Source of the DNA: a virus
Taxonomy: Duplodnaviria > Caudoviricetes
Virus record (IMG/VR): IMGVR_UViG_3300027782_000030
Location: 1-64,000 of that record
Length of the DNA: 64,000 bases
Direction: 5' to 3' (one strand)
Shown: positions 1 to 9,330 of the stretch, piece after piece
Position numbering within the stretch: position 1 is the stretch's first letter
Layout: the number at the start of each line of letters is the position of its first letter
Made by a program: the position numbers and the translations under genes
Notes under the pieces: model-generated
The model's database searches: none
Seen by the model: the letters and a program-made list of their open reading frames with translations, nothing else
Told to the model about the DNA's origin: nothing

Positions 1-47
1 GCAACGGTGAATCTATTATTCTAGGAACTGATGCCTATGCTAATGTC

Positions 48-2069
48 ATGGTCAATGTTAATGGTAATGTGTATATACAAGCAGGTAATGCCGGTGGCAC
101 AAAGACTTGGAACTTTGACACAAGTGGTAACTTGGCATTACCAAATGGCGGTATCATCTATGAAACTAACATTCCAGGTGGAGTATTAACTGGCAATACT
201 ATTGTTCTAAAGCCACAGGGCGGAACCAATGCTGACCAACAGTTACTTGTTTATCCAACAGCAATTGGTGCTGACTTTAATCACTTACACTTGACTTCAG
301 GTAACTTATACAACACTGAATTGTTCTTGGGTAACGATGACTTCTATGTAAAATTAGCCAACACTGGTAACGTTATTATCAACAGCAATGATGACAATGG
401 TAATACTGCTATGTGGACATTTGACACAACCGGCAACGCAACATTCCCGGCAAACGGAACAACAGCTTTACATAATATCATAGGCAACGGTTTAGCATTG
501 TTTGGTCAAGTTCATATTGGTGGTAACTTAAATTATGCAGAAGATGCAAATCTAATAATAGTAGAAGATAAAAATAGTTTTGCAGATATTATAGCACAGA
601 ATAAAAATCCCGGTGGCAATGCATCTATGAATATAGTACTTGTCAATGATGATCCAGGTAATGTTTACATGGCTGTCGGAGTCAATTCAAGTAATTTTAC
701 TCCATTCTACAATACTCTATTTGAAATACCTAATGCTGGCTATGTTAGTCACAGTACTACCCAAATAATGGGACCGCAGAGCGCCGAATCTGGTGAATCT
801 AGAATGTTCTTTACCTACAGTAGTGGCTCTTACGCATTAGAACTTAATGATCACGGGGCTATTGGATGGGGTGCTAGTTATAATGGCAATCTAACACAAG
901 GTAATTTTGGTAATGTTGGACAAGTATTAACCAGCGCAGGTGAAAACAGTGCTCCTACTTGGAACAATACTGTTAGTGTAGTTGGCAACATCGCTGGTGG
1001 CAACATCTCAACTACCGGTCAAATAACCTCAACTCAAGCAGGTAATTTATCTACCGGTGGCGGACAGTTATATCTAAATGGCACCGGTAACAATAGAATT
1101 GACTTCAATACTAACGGAACAGGTGCACCGACATTCACTACAAGAAGTGCTGGTACTAAAGTTGTATTGTATCCAATCACCAGTGTAACCAACACAGATT
1201 ATGCACTGGGTGTTGACAGTGGGACATTGTGGTCAGGCATTCCAGCTGCTGATGCAGGTCTGTTCTTTAGATGGTATGCTGGTACAACAGAAGTAGCAAA
1301 CTTGAGTGGTACTGGTATATTAACAGTAACTGGTAATGCTAACGTAGGTAATGTAGGTGCTGCTCAGGGTATCTTTACGACAAGCGCTAACATTCCAATT
1401 ATACAAAATGGTAACTCTAATGTCACTATCACTGCAAATGCAAACATCTCAATGTTTGTTAACGGTAATGCTACCGCAAGAGCAATATTTACATCAACTG
1501 GTGCAAACATTACAGGTACACTAACTGCTACTGGCAATGTTACCGGTTTAAATCTAATATCAACTCAGGCTTCGGGTGATGAAGGCGGTGAAATTTCATT
1601 GGCAAAACCACCAAATGGGACTCTACCAGGTGGTATTACTATTGATGCGTATCAAAATACATTACGATTCTTTGAACAAGGTGGAACTGCAAGAGGCTTA
1701 TCAATAGATATTGCTAATACCCCGGCTGGTGGCGGCACTGCAATAGGTTATAGAGATATTCCTCAAGTGGCTGCAGGTAACGTTACATTGGCTGCAACCG
1801 ATGCAGGGAAACATTACTACTCAACATCAGCAGGTAACTTTACATTGACTATTCCAAATAATGCAACTACAGCATTTACAACAGGTACAGCAATCAGCAT
1901 TGTTGTTCAATCTGCTGGCAATGTCTTAGTAAATGCAGTAAGCGGTGTAACATTGTATATGGCAGGTAACTCAACAGCAGCAAATCGTGTTGTAAGTAAT
2001 TATGGTATGGCAACACTAATGAAGGTTGCAACTGATACTTGGATGATTAACGGTACTGGGGTAGCATAA
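48..2069 (+). CDS. Tail-fibre-like structural protein (5'-truncated by window)
   Basis: G/N/T-rich beta-repeats (GNV/ANV); C-terminal GYRDIPQ...MATLMKVATDTWMINGTGV fibre-type domain; frame is open back to base 3. Confidence 0.7.
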   Translation: MVNVNGNVYIQAGNAGGTKTWNFDTSGNLALPNGGIIYETNIPGGVLTGNTIVLKPQGGTNADQQLLVYPTAIGADFNHLHLTSGNLYNTELFLGNDDFYVKLANTGNVIINSNDDNGNTAMWTFDTTGNATFPANGTTALHNIIGNGLALFGQVHIGGNLNYAEDANLIIVEDKNSFADIIAQNKNPGGNASMNIVLVNDDPGNVYMAVGVNSSNFTPFYNTLFEIPNAGYVSHSTTQIMGPQSAESGESRMFFTYSSGSYALELNDHGAIGWGASYNGNLTQGNFGNVGQVLTSAGENSAPTWNNTVSVVGNIAGGNISTTGQITSTQAGNLSTGGGQLYLNGTGNNRIDFNTNGTGAPTFTTRSAGTKVVLYPITSVTNTDYALGVDSGTLWSGIPAADAGLFFRWYAGTTEVANLSGTGILTVTGNANVGNVGAAQGIFTTSANIPIIQNGNSNVTITANANISMFVNGNATARAIFTSTGANITGTLTATGNVTGLNLISTQASGDEGGEISLAKPPNGTLPGGITIDAYQNTLRFFEQGGTARGLSIDIANTPAGGGTAIGYRDIPQVAAGNVTLAATDAGKHYYSTSAGNFTLTIPNNATTAFTTGTAISIVVQSAGNVLVNAVSGVTLYMAGNSTAANRVVSNYGMATLMKVATDTWMINGTGVA

Positions 2070-2767
2070 TGAGTGGCATTATGCAAGCCACTATCGGAAG
2101 TTGGAAGTCTCTTTCTACTCCGCCGGTATTAGTTTATGATTTGGATGCGGCTAATTACTCTGCTGTTCCTGTAAATGGTTCTACCGTTGCTGGCACAGGT
2201 GCATATACTATTACTGTTGCTAATGCCAGTGGTAGTGTTGGTTGGTCGGCAACTAACGGTGGAATATTTACTAAATCCAATAATGTGGGAACAGACACTA
2301 TGTATGGTGGTCCAAACTGGGTTACTGGACAAAGTTATAGTGTGTTCATGGCATATCAGTTGACTGCAACATCAATAGGTAGATTGTTAAACACTCAAAA
2401 TGAGGCTAGCAAAGACTGGTTAATGGGTGCTTATAACGGAAATCCCAACACATTCTATCCTAATATCGCAGTGAATTTGCCCGGATCAGGCGCTGATCTT
2501 GTATGGCACTTTGGTTGGGGCACATGGAATACAACAACTAGCACAGGGCAACTGTATATTGCAACTAGTTCGCAACCTACCAATTATTCATATACAGCAA
2601 CTAATGGTGGTGGTGGTGGATTCAATCAATTAAGAATGTGGAGCCGTTCATCCGGCAGTGAAGTACAAACCGCTAATATAGGATTCATCAAAGTGTACAA
2701 CGGTGTATTAGATTTGGCTACTATCCAATCTCAATACGCAACTTACGCCTCAAGATTTGGATACTAA
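2069..2767 (+). CDS. LamG/concanavalin-A-like virion protein
   Basis: LVYDLDAANY start and IGFIKVYNGVL...IQSQY end typical of phage LamG-like domains; start overlaps the upstream stop. Confidence 0.6.
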   Translation: MSGIMQATIGSWKSLSTPPVLVYDLDAANYSAVPVNGSTVAGTGAYTITVANASGSVGWSATNGGIFTKSNNVGTDTMYGGPNWVTGQSYSVFMAYQLTATSIGRLLNTQNEASKDWLMGAYNGNPNTFYPNIAVNLPGSGADLVWHFGWGTWNTTTSTGQLYIATSSQPTNYSYTATNGGGGGFNQLRMWSRSSGSEVQTANIGFIKVYNGVLDLATIQSQYATYASRFGY

Positions 2768-2776
2768 AAACATAAT

Positions 2777-3628
2777 ATGATTAAACAAGATCCGCGTACA
2801 ATCATAGATAGTAATACAGACCATACATTTAATAAACCAATCCATAGTGTCTCTACTATTAAATTAGGTCCTAGGACACTTGCCGGTAAATTTAACCTGC
2901 AATGGACTCGTGATAAGATTGATACAAGAGACTATGTTTACAATGCGTCCAATGTAAGAGTTTCATCTACGGTAGATTTAAGGCGGTATTGTAGCCCAAT
3001 AGAAGATCAGGGCAATTTAGGCAGTTGTACAGGAAATGCTGTAGCAGGTGCGATTGAATTTCTTAACAAGAAAAATAATAACATGCTTGATGTAAGCAGG
3101 TTGTTTATTTACTACTATGTACGATTGATAGAAGGAACTGTTAATTATGATAGCGGTGCTTACATAAGAGATGCCATCAAAGCATGTTATCAATATGGCG
3201 CATCACTAGAAAGATTATGGCCATACAACATAAGTAAATTTAGGACAAAGCCATCAACTGCCGCAATCAGTGATGGGCTAAGAAGAAAAATAACTAGATA
3301 CGAACGCATTACCGATCAGTACACTGGATCAATTAACGCTCTATCTAATCAACATCCCATAATAATGGGCTTTGATGTATACAGCAGTTTTATCAGTACA
3401 GGTAGAACAGGAGTTATGCCTTACCCTAATACACGAACTGAAAGGTTGTTAGGTGGTCATGCTGTACTATTAGTAGGGTATGATATGAATAAAGAGGCAT
3501 TTATCGCTAGAAACAGTTGGGGCACTTCTTGGGGATTGAAGGGCTATTTTTATATGCCGTTCCAAGTGGTTCAGAACACTGCTATGAGTGATGACTTTTG
3601 GATAATAAAAACGGTTAACAACCCATAA
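2777..3628 (+). CDS. Papain-like C1A cysteine peptidase
   Basis: QGNLGSCTG (Cys), GGHAV (His), ARNSWG (Asn) motifs. Confidence 0.92.
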   Translation: MIKQDPRTIIDSNTDHTFNKPIHSVSTIKLGPRTLAGKFNLQWTRDKIDTRDYVYNASNVRVSSTVDLRRYCSPIEDQGNLGSCTGNAVAGAIEFLNKKNNNMLDVSRLFIYYYVRLIEGTVNYDSGAYIRDAIKACYQYGASLERLWPYNISKFRTKPSTAAISDGLRRKITRYERITDQYTGSINALSNQHPIIMGFDVYSSFISTGRTGVMPYPNTRTERLLGGHAVLLVGYDMNKEAFIARNSWGTSWGLKGYFYMPFQVVQNTAMSDDFWIIKTVNNP

Positions 3629-3652
3629 AAAAAGCCCCATAAGGGGCTTTTT
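3627..3652. terminator. Bidirectional intrinsic terminator
   Basis: AAAAAAAGCCCC-ATAA-GGGGCTTTTT between convergent genes. Confidence 0.85.
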
Positions 3653-3666
3653 GTTTTGCGAACAAG

Positions 3667-4050
3667 TTATGCGTCGGGTGAATTTACCTCTTCCAAAATT
3701 TGTTCAGGGGTTACGGTTGCTTTTTTAGCACGGGCTTTGATTGCTGCCAAACTAGGTTTAGCCTTTTCAGCCTTAACCTTTACTTCACCTTTCTTAGATT
3801 CCTTGCTCTTATCAGCAAGACAATCGGCGATAGTAGCCTGATCACTAGGGCTTTGAAACTCGGCATGCTGAGCCAAATAGTTCAGTGCCTCAATTTTAGT
3901 CATCTCACTGGGCAATTCAACGAAGTCACACCGACTTGCTCCGCCCTTAGTGAATTGTTTGATGCGACGAACCATGTCATCCGTAAAACGGACCTTGATT
4001 GAATCGCCATGAACAGTAATACCCGCAACCTTAAAAGTCTGATTAGACAT
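3667..4050 (-). CDS. Hypothetical protein
   Basis: 127-aa ORF, RBS-like AAGGAA, ends at the terminator. Confidence 0.7.
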   Translation of the reverse strand: MSNQTFKVAGITVHGDSIKVRFTDDMVRRIKQFTKGGASRCDFVELPSEMTKIEALNYLAQHAEFQSPSDQATIADCLADKSKESKKGEVKVKAEKAKPSLAAIKARAKKATVTPEQILEEVNSPDA

Positions 4051-4083
4051 TGTGATTCCTTTAAATAAAGTAGGATTTAAAAA

Positions 4084-4230
4084 TTAACACGGAGCAGCAG
4101 ATTCGGAAATCAACTGATTACCATACATTGCCCGCAACATTTGATATGCGTTATAAGGATTATCTGCTTGAACGGTAACACGCATAAAACCACCGACAAC
4201 AGTACGAACAAAAGCCCAGTAAGTATACAT
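4084..4230 (-). CDS. Small hypothetical protein (48 aa, MYTYWAFVRT...)
   Basis: Below ORF-track cutoff; GGAG RBS; downstream of a sigma70 promoter. Confidence 0.55.
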   Translation of the reverse strand: MYTYWAFVRTVVGGFMRVTVQADNPYNAYQMLRAMYGNQLISESAAPC

Positions 4231-4318
4231 ATCAGTTACTCCAAATTAGAAAAACAAACACAAAAACACTAGTCAAAATTAATGTTTCGATTGGGTAAAA
4301 CATCAACATCAGAAGTCT

Positions 4319-4347
4319 AGTATACACCCAATCCGATATTTTGTCAA
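4319..4347 (-). promoter_or_regulatory. sigma70-type promoter
   Basis: TTGACA-N17-TATACT with extended -10 TG. Confidence 0.8.
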
Positions 4348-4353
4348 GCATAA

Positions 4354-4506
4354 TCATTCCTCGTACCTGTTGTACTTTGGCTTACGCTTGTAGGAATCCT
4401 TACGCTTCACAGCCTTGGGCTTGAAGGGGGAATCCTCAGAGAAGAGGACAAAGTGTGCCCGAGTTTTGGCTCGGGGAACTTTGAACGAGATAGTTTCTTT
4501 ACGCAT
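4354..4506 (-). CDS. Small basic protein, ArfA-like (alternative ribosome-rescue factor)
   Basis: 50 aa from ATG 4506; LFSEDSPFKPKAVKRKDSYKRKPKY resembles the ArfA LF..R...K...SY.RK.KH core; the longer ORF-track start overlaps a promoter. Confidence 0.45.
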   Translation of the reverse strand: MRKETISFKVPRAKTRAHFVLFSEDSPFKPKAVKRKDSYKRKPKYNRYEE

Positions 4507-4540
4507 GATCTGTGTTGCTAGTTGCTGACTCAATATAATA

Positions 4541-4569
4541 ATTATATCACCACGGGTATTTATCGTCAA
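4541..4569 (-). promoter_or_regulatory. sigma70-type promoter
   Basis: TTGACG-N17-TATAAT. Confidence 0.75.
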
Positions 4570-4602
4570 CCTTTGGAGATGTGTTGTTTTAACGCAACAG
4601 TT

Positions 4603-6108
4603 TTATTTGAGAAGGTCTTTAGATAGAATCGGTCGATTTCCCGTGTAGATTTTAAACTTCAACGGTCCCTGATCCGAATTTGGCCCTTGGGTATTGGTTA
4701 CTGGAAATCTCACAATATCGGGAATCCCGTCCCCATTAATGTCATCATAGATATAAGACTCGCCTTGTATATAAAAACCAACATTAGGTACAATTGCGGG
4801 ATCAATTCGGTTAAATGTACCAGTTTTGTCGTTAATGTAAATTAACGGAGGCCCAAAGTAAGCAGTCATAAGAATGTCATCATACCCATCGCCATTTACA
4901 TCTTTACACTTTAAATCTGATATAGCAAGACTTTGTATTTCATTGTTTAGTTTGAACGAGGAATTCCTAGTAAGTTTTCCGTTAGTAACATTGTACGCTA
5001 CCAACCACGACTTGTTTTGCAAGTAATCCGCGTTTTCATAAATTGTTTGCCCGTGATACCCATCCTTAATTTCTGCTCCCCAAACCAAGTCCAATAGAAT
5101 TGAATCAGGATCGTCTTTTTTTAACTTCATTTCGCACATGTTTTCAAGTTGCGAAAATGGCAAATAATCCTTTCCATCAATTGTTGTCATTGAAGCGTAA
5201 TTCAATGTTCCAGTCCACGAACCAAAAAGCACCATTGAGGTTTTATTGGAAAGTTCATCTTTCTTTACCCAAGAGTTATTTTCTTTATAATATAAGGCCA
5301 TTCCTGAATTAGGATAAGGAAGCCCAGTTACCGCTATTTGAGAACCTTGGGTGCTAGATTTTCGTTTGAAAAAAGTAGTTCCCGCGCCCTCTACCCAATC
5401 ATAAAACCCCCTCAATGACCAAGAGGATAAATAGTGCCATACTTCTTGTACAAAGTTGTATCCAATTGGACTACTTATTACATCTATTCCGCCCAACTCA
5501 TTGTCTGCGGCAACCAAGCCATAGTTCCAAGCGGCTTGTCCTTGTTTTATAAAATTATATCCTCCACTACCATTGCTGGTGATGAAAATATTTTGAGCAT
5601 TAATATTTGTCGCGCCATTGTCGTTGGGTAACCTCCCGTCTTCCCTAGAGATTGAAAAAACAATGTCTGGGTATCCGTCTTTATTGAAGTCATTTACTAC
5701 TGATCTTGTTGCAATGCCCCCTAAGTCAACATAATCTACCCCAAACAAGGATCTAGTTCCATCAATAAAAGATCCATTCTTTTGTTGGAGAAAAACAATA
5801 AACTTGTTTGGAGTTGACCCGTCGTATGGCTTTCCGATTTCACTGTTACGCAGACAAAAGAATTGCAACGCAATATCTTTGTTGCCGTCTTTATTTAAAT
5901 CTACTAAAAGTGCTTGGGGAGATATATCAGTTAAATTCCCGCACAACGAATCATACAACGGACGCAAATCGGGCAGTTCAATGGGAGTACTAGAAAATAA
6001 TGGTAGATTTTCTACATTGTTTTTAACTGCTACTGAAGTCGGGGAATCAGTTGCACCACCGCCACACCCAGCAAGTGCAACCGACATTGCCGCTAAAATC
6101 TTTTTCAT
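4603..6108 (-). CDS. FG-GAP/VCBS-repeat lipoprotein
   Basis: Lipobox LAGC; four D.N.DG..DI repeats (DLNKDGNKDI, DFNKDGYPDI, DVNGDGYDDI, DINGDGIPDI). Confidence 0.8.
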   Translation of the reverse strand: MKKILAAMSVALAGCGGGATDSPTSVAVKNNVENLPLFSSTPIELPDLRPLYDSLCGNLTDISPQALLVDLNKDGNKDIALQFFCLRNSEIGKPYDGSTPNKFIVFLQQKNGSFIDGTRSLFGVDYVDLGGIATRSVVNDFNKDGYPDIVFSISREDGRLPNDNGATNINAQNIFITSNGSGGYNFIKQGQAAWNYGLVAADNELGGIDVISSPIGYNFVQEVWHYLSSWSLRGFYDWVEGAGTTFFKRKSSTQGSQIAVTGLPYPNSGMALYYKENNSWVKKDELSNKTSMVLFGSWTGTLNYASMTTIDGKDYLPFSQLENMCEMKLKKDDPDSILLDLVWGAEIKDGYHGQTIYENADYLQNKSWLVAYNVTNGKLTRNSSFKLNNEIQSLAISDLKCKDVNGDGYDDILMTAYFGPPLIYINDKTGTFNRIDPAIVPNVGFYIQGESYIYDDINGDGIPDIVRFPVTNTQGPNSDQGPLKFKIYTGNRPILSKDLLK

Positions 6109-6128
6109 GACGCATCCATAGTTATATC

Positions 6129-6148
6129 AATGCTATTATAATAGCATT
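6129..6148. promoter_or_regulatory. Perfect 20-bp palindrome over the probable -10 of the lipoprotein promoter
   Basis: AATGCTATTA|TAATAGCATT; TTGACA on the minus strand lies just upstream. Confidence 0.5.
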
Positions 6149-6163
6149 AGATACAATTTATTG

Positions 6164-6469
6164 TCAATCTTTGGTAATTGAAAAGGTAACTTTTTTTACA
6201 GATTTGATAGTAAAACTACGCCATGCTTGGGCTTCCAAATCGTAGACGGCTAGGGTATTTTCTGACTTTTTCCGTTCAGTTTTGCCCTCAGTTACAGGAG
6301 AAGGAGGAAGAATCTCGGGATCAAGAGTGCATTTCATCACCCGTTCGGATCCGTCTTTTTTGGTAAAGGTTACGGTTACTTCATTGGAATGCAATGCTCC
6401 CCTTAGCCAAGCAGTAAAGGTAGTCCAATCATTTTCGGCCCAATCTTCAGTTGGATTATACGGATTCAA
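6164..6469 (-). CDS. WYL_2/DUF2693-like Sm/SH3-fold phage protein
   Basis: VTFTKKDGSERVMKCTL and VYDLEAQAWRSF motifs. Confidence 0.7.
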   Translation of the reverse strand: MNPYNPTEDWAENDWTTFTAWLRGALHSNEVTVTFTKKDGSERVMKCTLDPEILPPSPVTEGKTERKKSENTLAVYDLEAQAWRSFTIKSVKKVTFSITKD

Positions 6470-6773
6470 TGTGTTCCTCTTTCATGGTAAAAAATTGTCC
6501 AATTTTCTGTTCTTCAGACCAACTCCTAGCATAGTCATTATCCTGATCGCATAATACCAATGCTTCTTCTTTGCTAATTACTCGGCTACTAACAATGTTC
6601 TCGCCAATGTGTTGTTGGCTGAACTCTTTTGCCGCTTCCATAGATACTGTATCTAATGCCCATTCTTTTTTGTCATGTCCATAGTTATCGATTCCAACAG
6701 GAACTTCAACCAAGTACCGAATGCGGAACATTGATACACACTCAACCAATACTAATTGCGTTTCTTCTGACAT
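6456..6773 (-). CDS. Hypothetical protein
   Basis: 105-aa ORF in a tightly packed operon. Confidence 0.6.
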   Translation of the reverse strand: MSEETQLVLVECVSMFRIRYLVEVPVGIDNYGHDKKEWALDTVSMEAAKEFSQQHIGENIVSSRVISKEEALVLCDQDNDYARSWSEEQKIGQFFTMKEEHIESV

Positions 6774-6781
6774 ATTATCCC

Positions 6782-7069
6782 TTATAAAAACATTCTAATT
6801 AAACCAACAGAATCAATGGAGACAAGCAAGAGGTAGTTAGCGAGCATACCAAATGAGCGACGAGAATAAGCACACCAGGCATAGATAGAACAACCAGTAA
6901 TCCAAGCAGGGTAAAGAACCACAAGTGGAGGGTTTGGTACTGTTCCAGCCATTGCAATAGCACACCCAATACTAAGAGCCCAAGCAACCAACTCCATAAT
7001 AAAGCGTATACGATCTGATCGGTAATCATCTATAATCCAGTGTACTGAATTATTTATAGCCTCGTTCAT
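6782..7069 (-). CDS. Small membrane protein
   Basis: Three hydrophobic segments; coupled to upstream ORF. Confidence 0.65.
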   Translation of the reverse strand: MNEAINNSVHWIIDDYRSDRIRFIMELVAWALSIGCAIAMAGTVPNPPLVVLYPAWITGCSIYAWCAYSRRSFGMLANYLLLVSIDSVGLIRMFL

Positions 7070-7563
7070 GATTCTTTGGCTATCGCCATCTCCAAAATTT
7101 GTTCAATCATTTTATTCAATGTGATATCACGCTTATGCGCTTCCATACACAATTGTAGCATAGTAGCATCATCTAAGTCAAGAGGCAATGTCACTCTGTG
7201 ATCAAAACTTAGCCCATTGAAGATAGCATGAGCCTTTTCAAGCCAATCATCTGCAACTTCTAAATCACACCAATTTGTATCATCCCAAGCATTATTAGGG
7301 TCAATTTTTTTATCGGCTGATTCAGCATAGTATGCGTCTTTATATTCAGGATTAAGCCAACGATATGGTGTTATCTTTTCGTCCTTGGCATTGACTGATG
7401 CTTCATATACCACTTGCGTTTTTGAATCAAATAACACACTAGCATGAGCATGGTCTGATTCATAATCCAAATACCTTGCGTTAGATCCGTAGCATTGCCA
7501 ATGATACTCACTACCACCGGTAATGCGGTTGTCTAATGCTTCGTTTATTTCACCTAGATACAT
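7066..7563 (-). CDS. Hypothetical protein
   Basis: 165-aa ORF in operon. Confidence 0.65.
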   Translation of the reverse strand: MYLGEINEALDNRITGGSEYHWQCYGSNARYLDYESDHAHASVLFDSKTQVVYEASVNAKDEKITPYRWLNPEYKDAYYAESADKKIDPNNAWDDTNWCDLEVADDWLEKAHAIFNGLSFDHRVTLPLDLDDATMLQLCMEAHKRDITLNKMIEQILEMAIAKES

Positions 7564-7565
7564 GA

Positions 7566-7700
7566 TTAATCTTTTCCTTTATGTTCGGGTTGTTCAACTT
7601 TAGTTTCAAATTTAGGTTCAATATATTTGTCCCATACCTTCTGTCCACTGTTCCATCCAAATACTGAGAAAAATCCAAATATTAGTGCGCTCCAAATCAT
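7566..7700 (-). CDS. Small hypothetical membrane protein (44 aa, MIWSALIFGFF...)
   Basis: Fills the gap in the operon; N-terminal hydrophobic helix. Confidence 0.45.
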   Translation of the reverse strand: MIWSALIFGFFSVFGWNSGQKVWDKYIEPKFETKVEQPEHKGKD

Positions 7701-7779
7701 TTAATATCCCCAAGAAAGTATACCACCAGTACCAGCCCAATAGTAATTATCACAACCAATTAATTGGACCGAATAAAAT

Positions 7780-8181
7780 TCATTCATGTTTTACCTCTTT
7801 AGCAATTTGTTTGTAACCTGCCCAACTAGGGTGAATTTTATCTGGTTGTAGGCGAGTGATTGGCACTACAGTATCACCGTATAAGGCAGCTATCACTTTG
7901 ACTATGCGTTGAATGTCTGGCTTGATTGCGGGCAATATCCAAAACACGCGGCCTGCTTGAACTTTTTCTCTCAAGCGTTCTAGTTCTTCTTGTGTTTTGA
8001 TGCCTTTATGATCATTGCTACCCAAACTGATGATCACCGTGTTGGCAGTGAGATCGTATTTTAAGTAGTCTCTATTCCATTGTGCAGTATTCCAACCGCC
8101 TTTGCTCAATGACTCGCATGGCGCTACATGATGATATACCCCTACTGCTATACTATCACCTAATACCAAACAGTCAATCAT
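7780..8181 (-). CDS. SGNH/GDSL hydrolase
   Basis: GDSI, SLGSND and DKIHP motifs; ATG 8181 overlaps the upstream stop. Confidence 0.8.
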   Translation of the reverse strand: MIDCLVLGDSIAVGVYHHVAPCESLSKGGWNTAQWNRDYLKYDLTANTVIISLGSNDHKGIKTQEELERLREKVQAGRVFWILPAIKPDIQRIVKVIAALYGDTVVPITRLQPDKIHPSWAGYKQIAKEVKHE

Positions 8182-8515
8182 GAGTAGTTCCAAATGTATT
8201 CAACGCTGGATTCAACTGTTTAATCAATTCTGTTTCACGGGCATGGGCTGGGCCCTTACCACGAATCGTTTCTAAGTGACCAAACACAAAAGCTTCAGGA
8301 CCATATTCACGCAGTGCGCGGCACAGGCCCCAAGTCTTGTTTTCTGTCATAGCCCGTTGTAGATGCTTCTGCATACGACGGGTAAGAGTGCGCCTTACAT
8401 TTCCGTTGTAGCACAGGGCAGTCAGACCAATGTACTGTTCTCCAGTCTTGGAATTCTGAATCATATAGATCAGGTGATTACGATCTGTTCGGCGCTTGCG
8501 TGTTGTTGTCATCAT
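8174..8515 (-). CDS. GIY-YIG endonuclease
   Basis: LIYMIQNSKTGEQYIGLT...R...H...E motif; start placed after the promoter. Confidence 0.8.
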   Translation of the reverse strand: MMTTTRKRRTDRNHLIYMIQNSKTGEQYIGLTALCYNGNVRRTLTRRMQKHLQRAMTENKTWGLCRALREYGPEAFVFGHLETIRGKGPAHARETELIKQLNPALNTFGTTHD

Positions 8516-8521
8516 GTATAT

Positions 8522-8550
8522 ATTATAGCAAACCGCCCATTTATTGTCAA
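8522..8550 (-). promoter_or_regulatory. sigma70-type promoter
   Basis: TTGACA-N17-TATAAT with TG extension. Confidence 0.85.
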
Positions 8551-8578
8551 GTGTTGTTTTATACAACACTTTCCCACT

Positions 8579-8779
8579 CTATTTGACTTTTTTCAGGTAC
8601 TCTCTGCCTATTAGGCCTTGTTCAATTTCTTGCAATGCGGTAATAGCAGTTAGATTAGTTGTTTCAACTTTAGGTTTATAACCACGCTTTAATTCTCTTT
8701 GTCTTACAGCCGCAATTAAAATTAAATCATAACAATTACCAATTGCTTTAATAGCTTTTTCAGAACTAATTCTAGGCAT
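8579..8779 (-). CDS. rpoZ: RNA polymerase omega subunit homologue
   Basis: MPRISSEKA..IGNCYDLILIAAVRQREL..G..P.V...TAITALQEIEQG matches the RpoZ pattern (IGNRFDLVL.AA.RARQL...ALREI..G). Confidence 0.8.
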   Translation of the reverse strand: MPRISSEKAIKAIGNCYDLILIAAVRQRELKRGYKPKVETTNLTAITALQEIEQGLIGREYLKKVK

Positions 8780-8795
8780 ATAATTTCCTTTTGCT

Positions 8796-9248
8796 TTATT
8801 TATTAAAAACTTTTTGTATTTTAATACCACATTTATTTAAAAAATATACCCCATCTTCAGATCGGTAATCTTCTCCGTAATAGACTTCAGATATACCTGC
8901 TTGATATATTCCTTTCGCACATTCTAAACACGGAGCATGAGTTACAAATAAAGATGCTTTATTACCTGATCCATTAGTTTTTGCTAATTTCATTAATGCA
9001 TTCATTTCAGCATGTAATACTTCAGGTCTAGTTTTTAGTGTACAAGTATTATCTAATTCTTCACAAGGTGAAACAGGTATTTCATCTTCGCAATTGTTAT
9101 CCCAGCCAGCAGGCGTACCGTTATAACCATAACTGATAACACAATCATCTTTTACGATAACTGCACCAACTTGTAGCCTACGGGCATAACTTAATTGGGC
9201 AACTCGGGTAGCCCAATCCATATATAGATTAATAAATTTTTGTTTCAT
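8796..9248 (-). CDS. dCMP deaminase
   Basis: GYNGTP, HAEMNAL and PCLEC zinc motifs. Confidence 0.92.
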   Translation of the reverse strand: MKQKFINLYMDWATRVAQLSYARRLQVGAVIVKDDCVISYGYNGTPAGWDNNCEDEIPVSPCEELDNTCTLKTRPEVLHAEMNALMKLAKTNGSGNKASLFVTHAPCLECAKGIYQAGISEVYYGEDYRSEDGVYFLNKCGIKIQKVFNK

Positions 9249-9256
9249 TTGATGTT

Positions 9257-9330
9257 TGGAGCGGGTAGCGAGAATCGAACTCGCAAATAATCCTTGGCAA
9301 GGATTCAGGTTACCTTTACATCATACCCGC
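9257..9330 (-). tRNA. trnG: tRNA-Gly(GCC)
   Basis: Cloverleaf; AATCC-TTGCCAA-GGATT anticodon arm; encoded CCA. Confidence 0.93.

Noticed and set aside
4507-4569. N-terminal extension of ORF 4354-4569 (similarly 8516-8569)
   Set aside because: The extensions overlap consensus sigma70 promoters, so downstream ATGs were used
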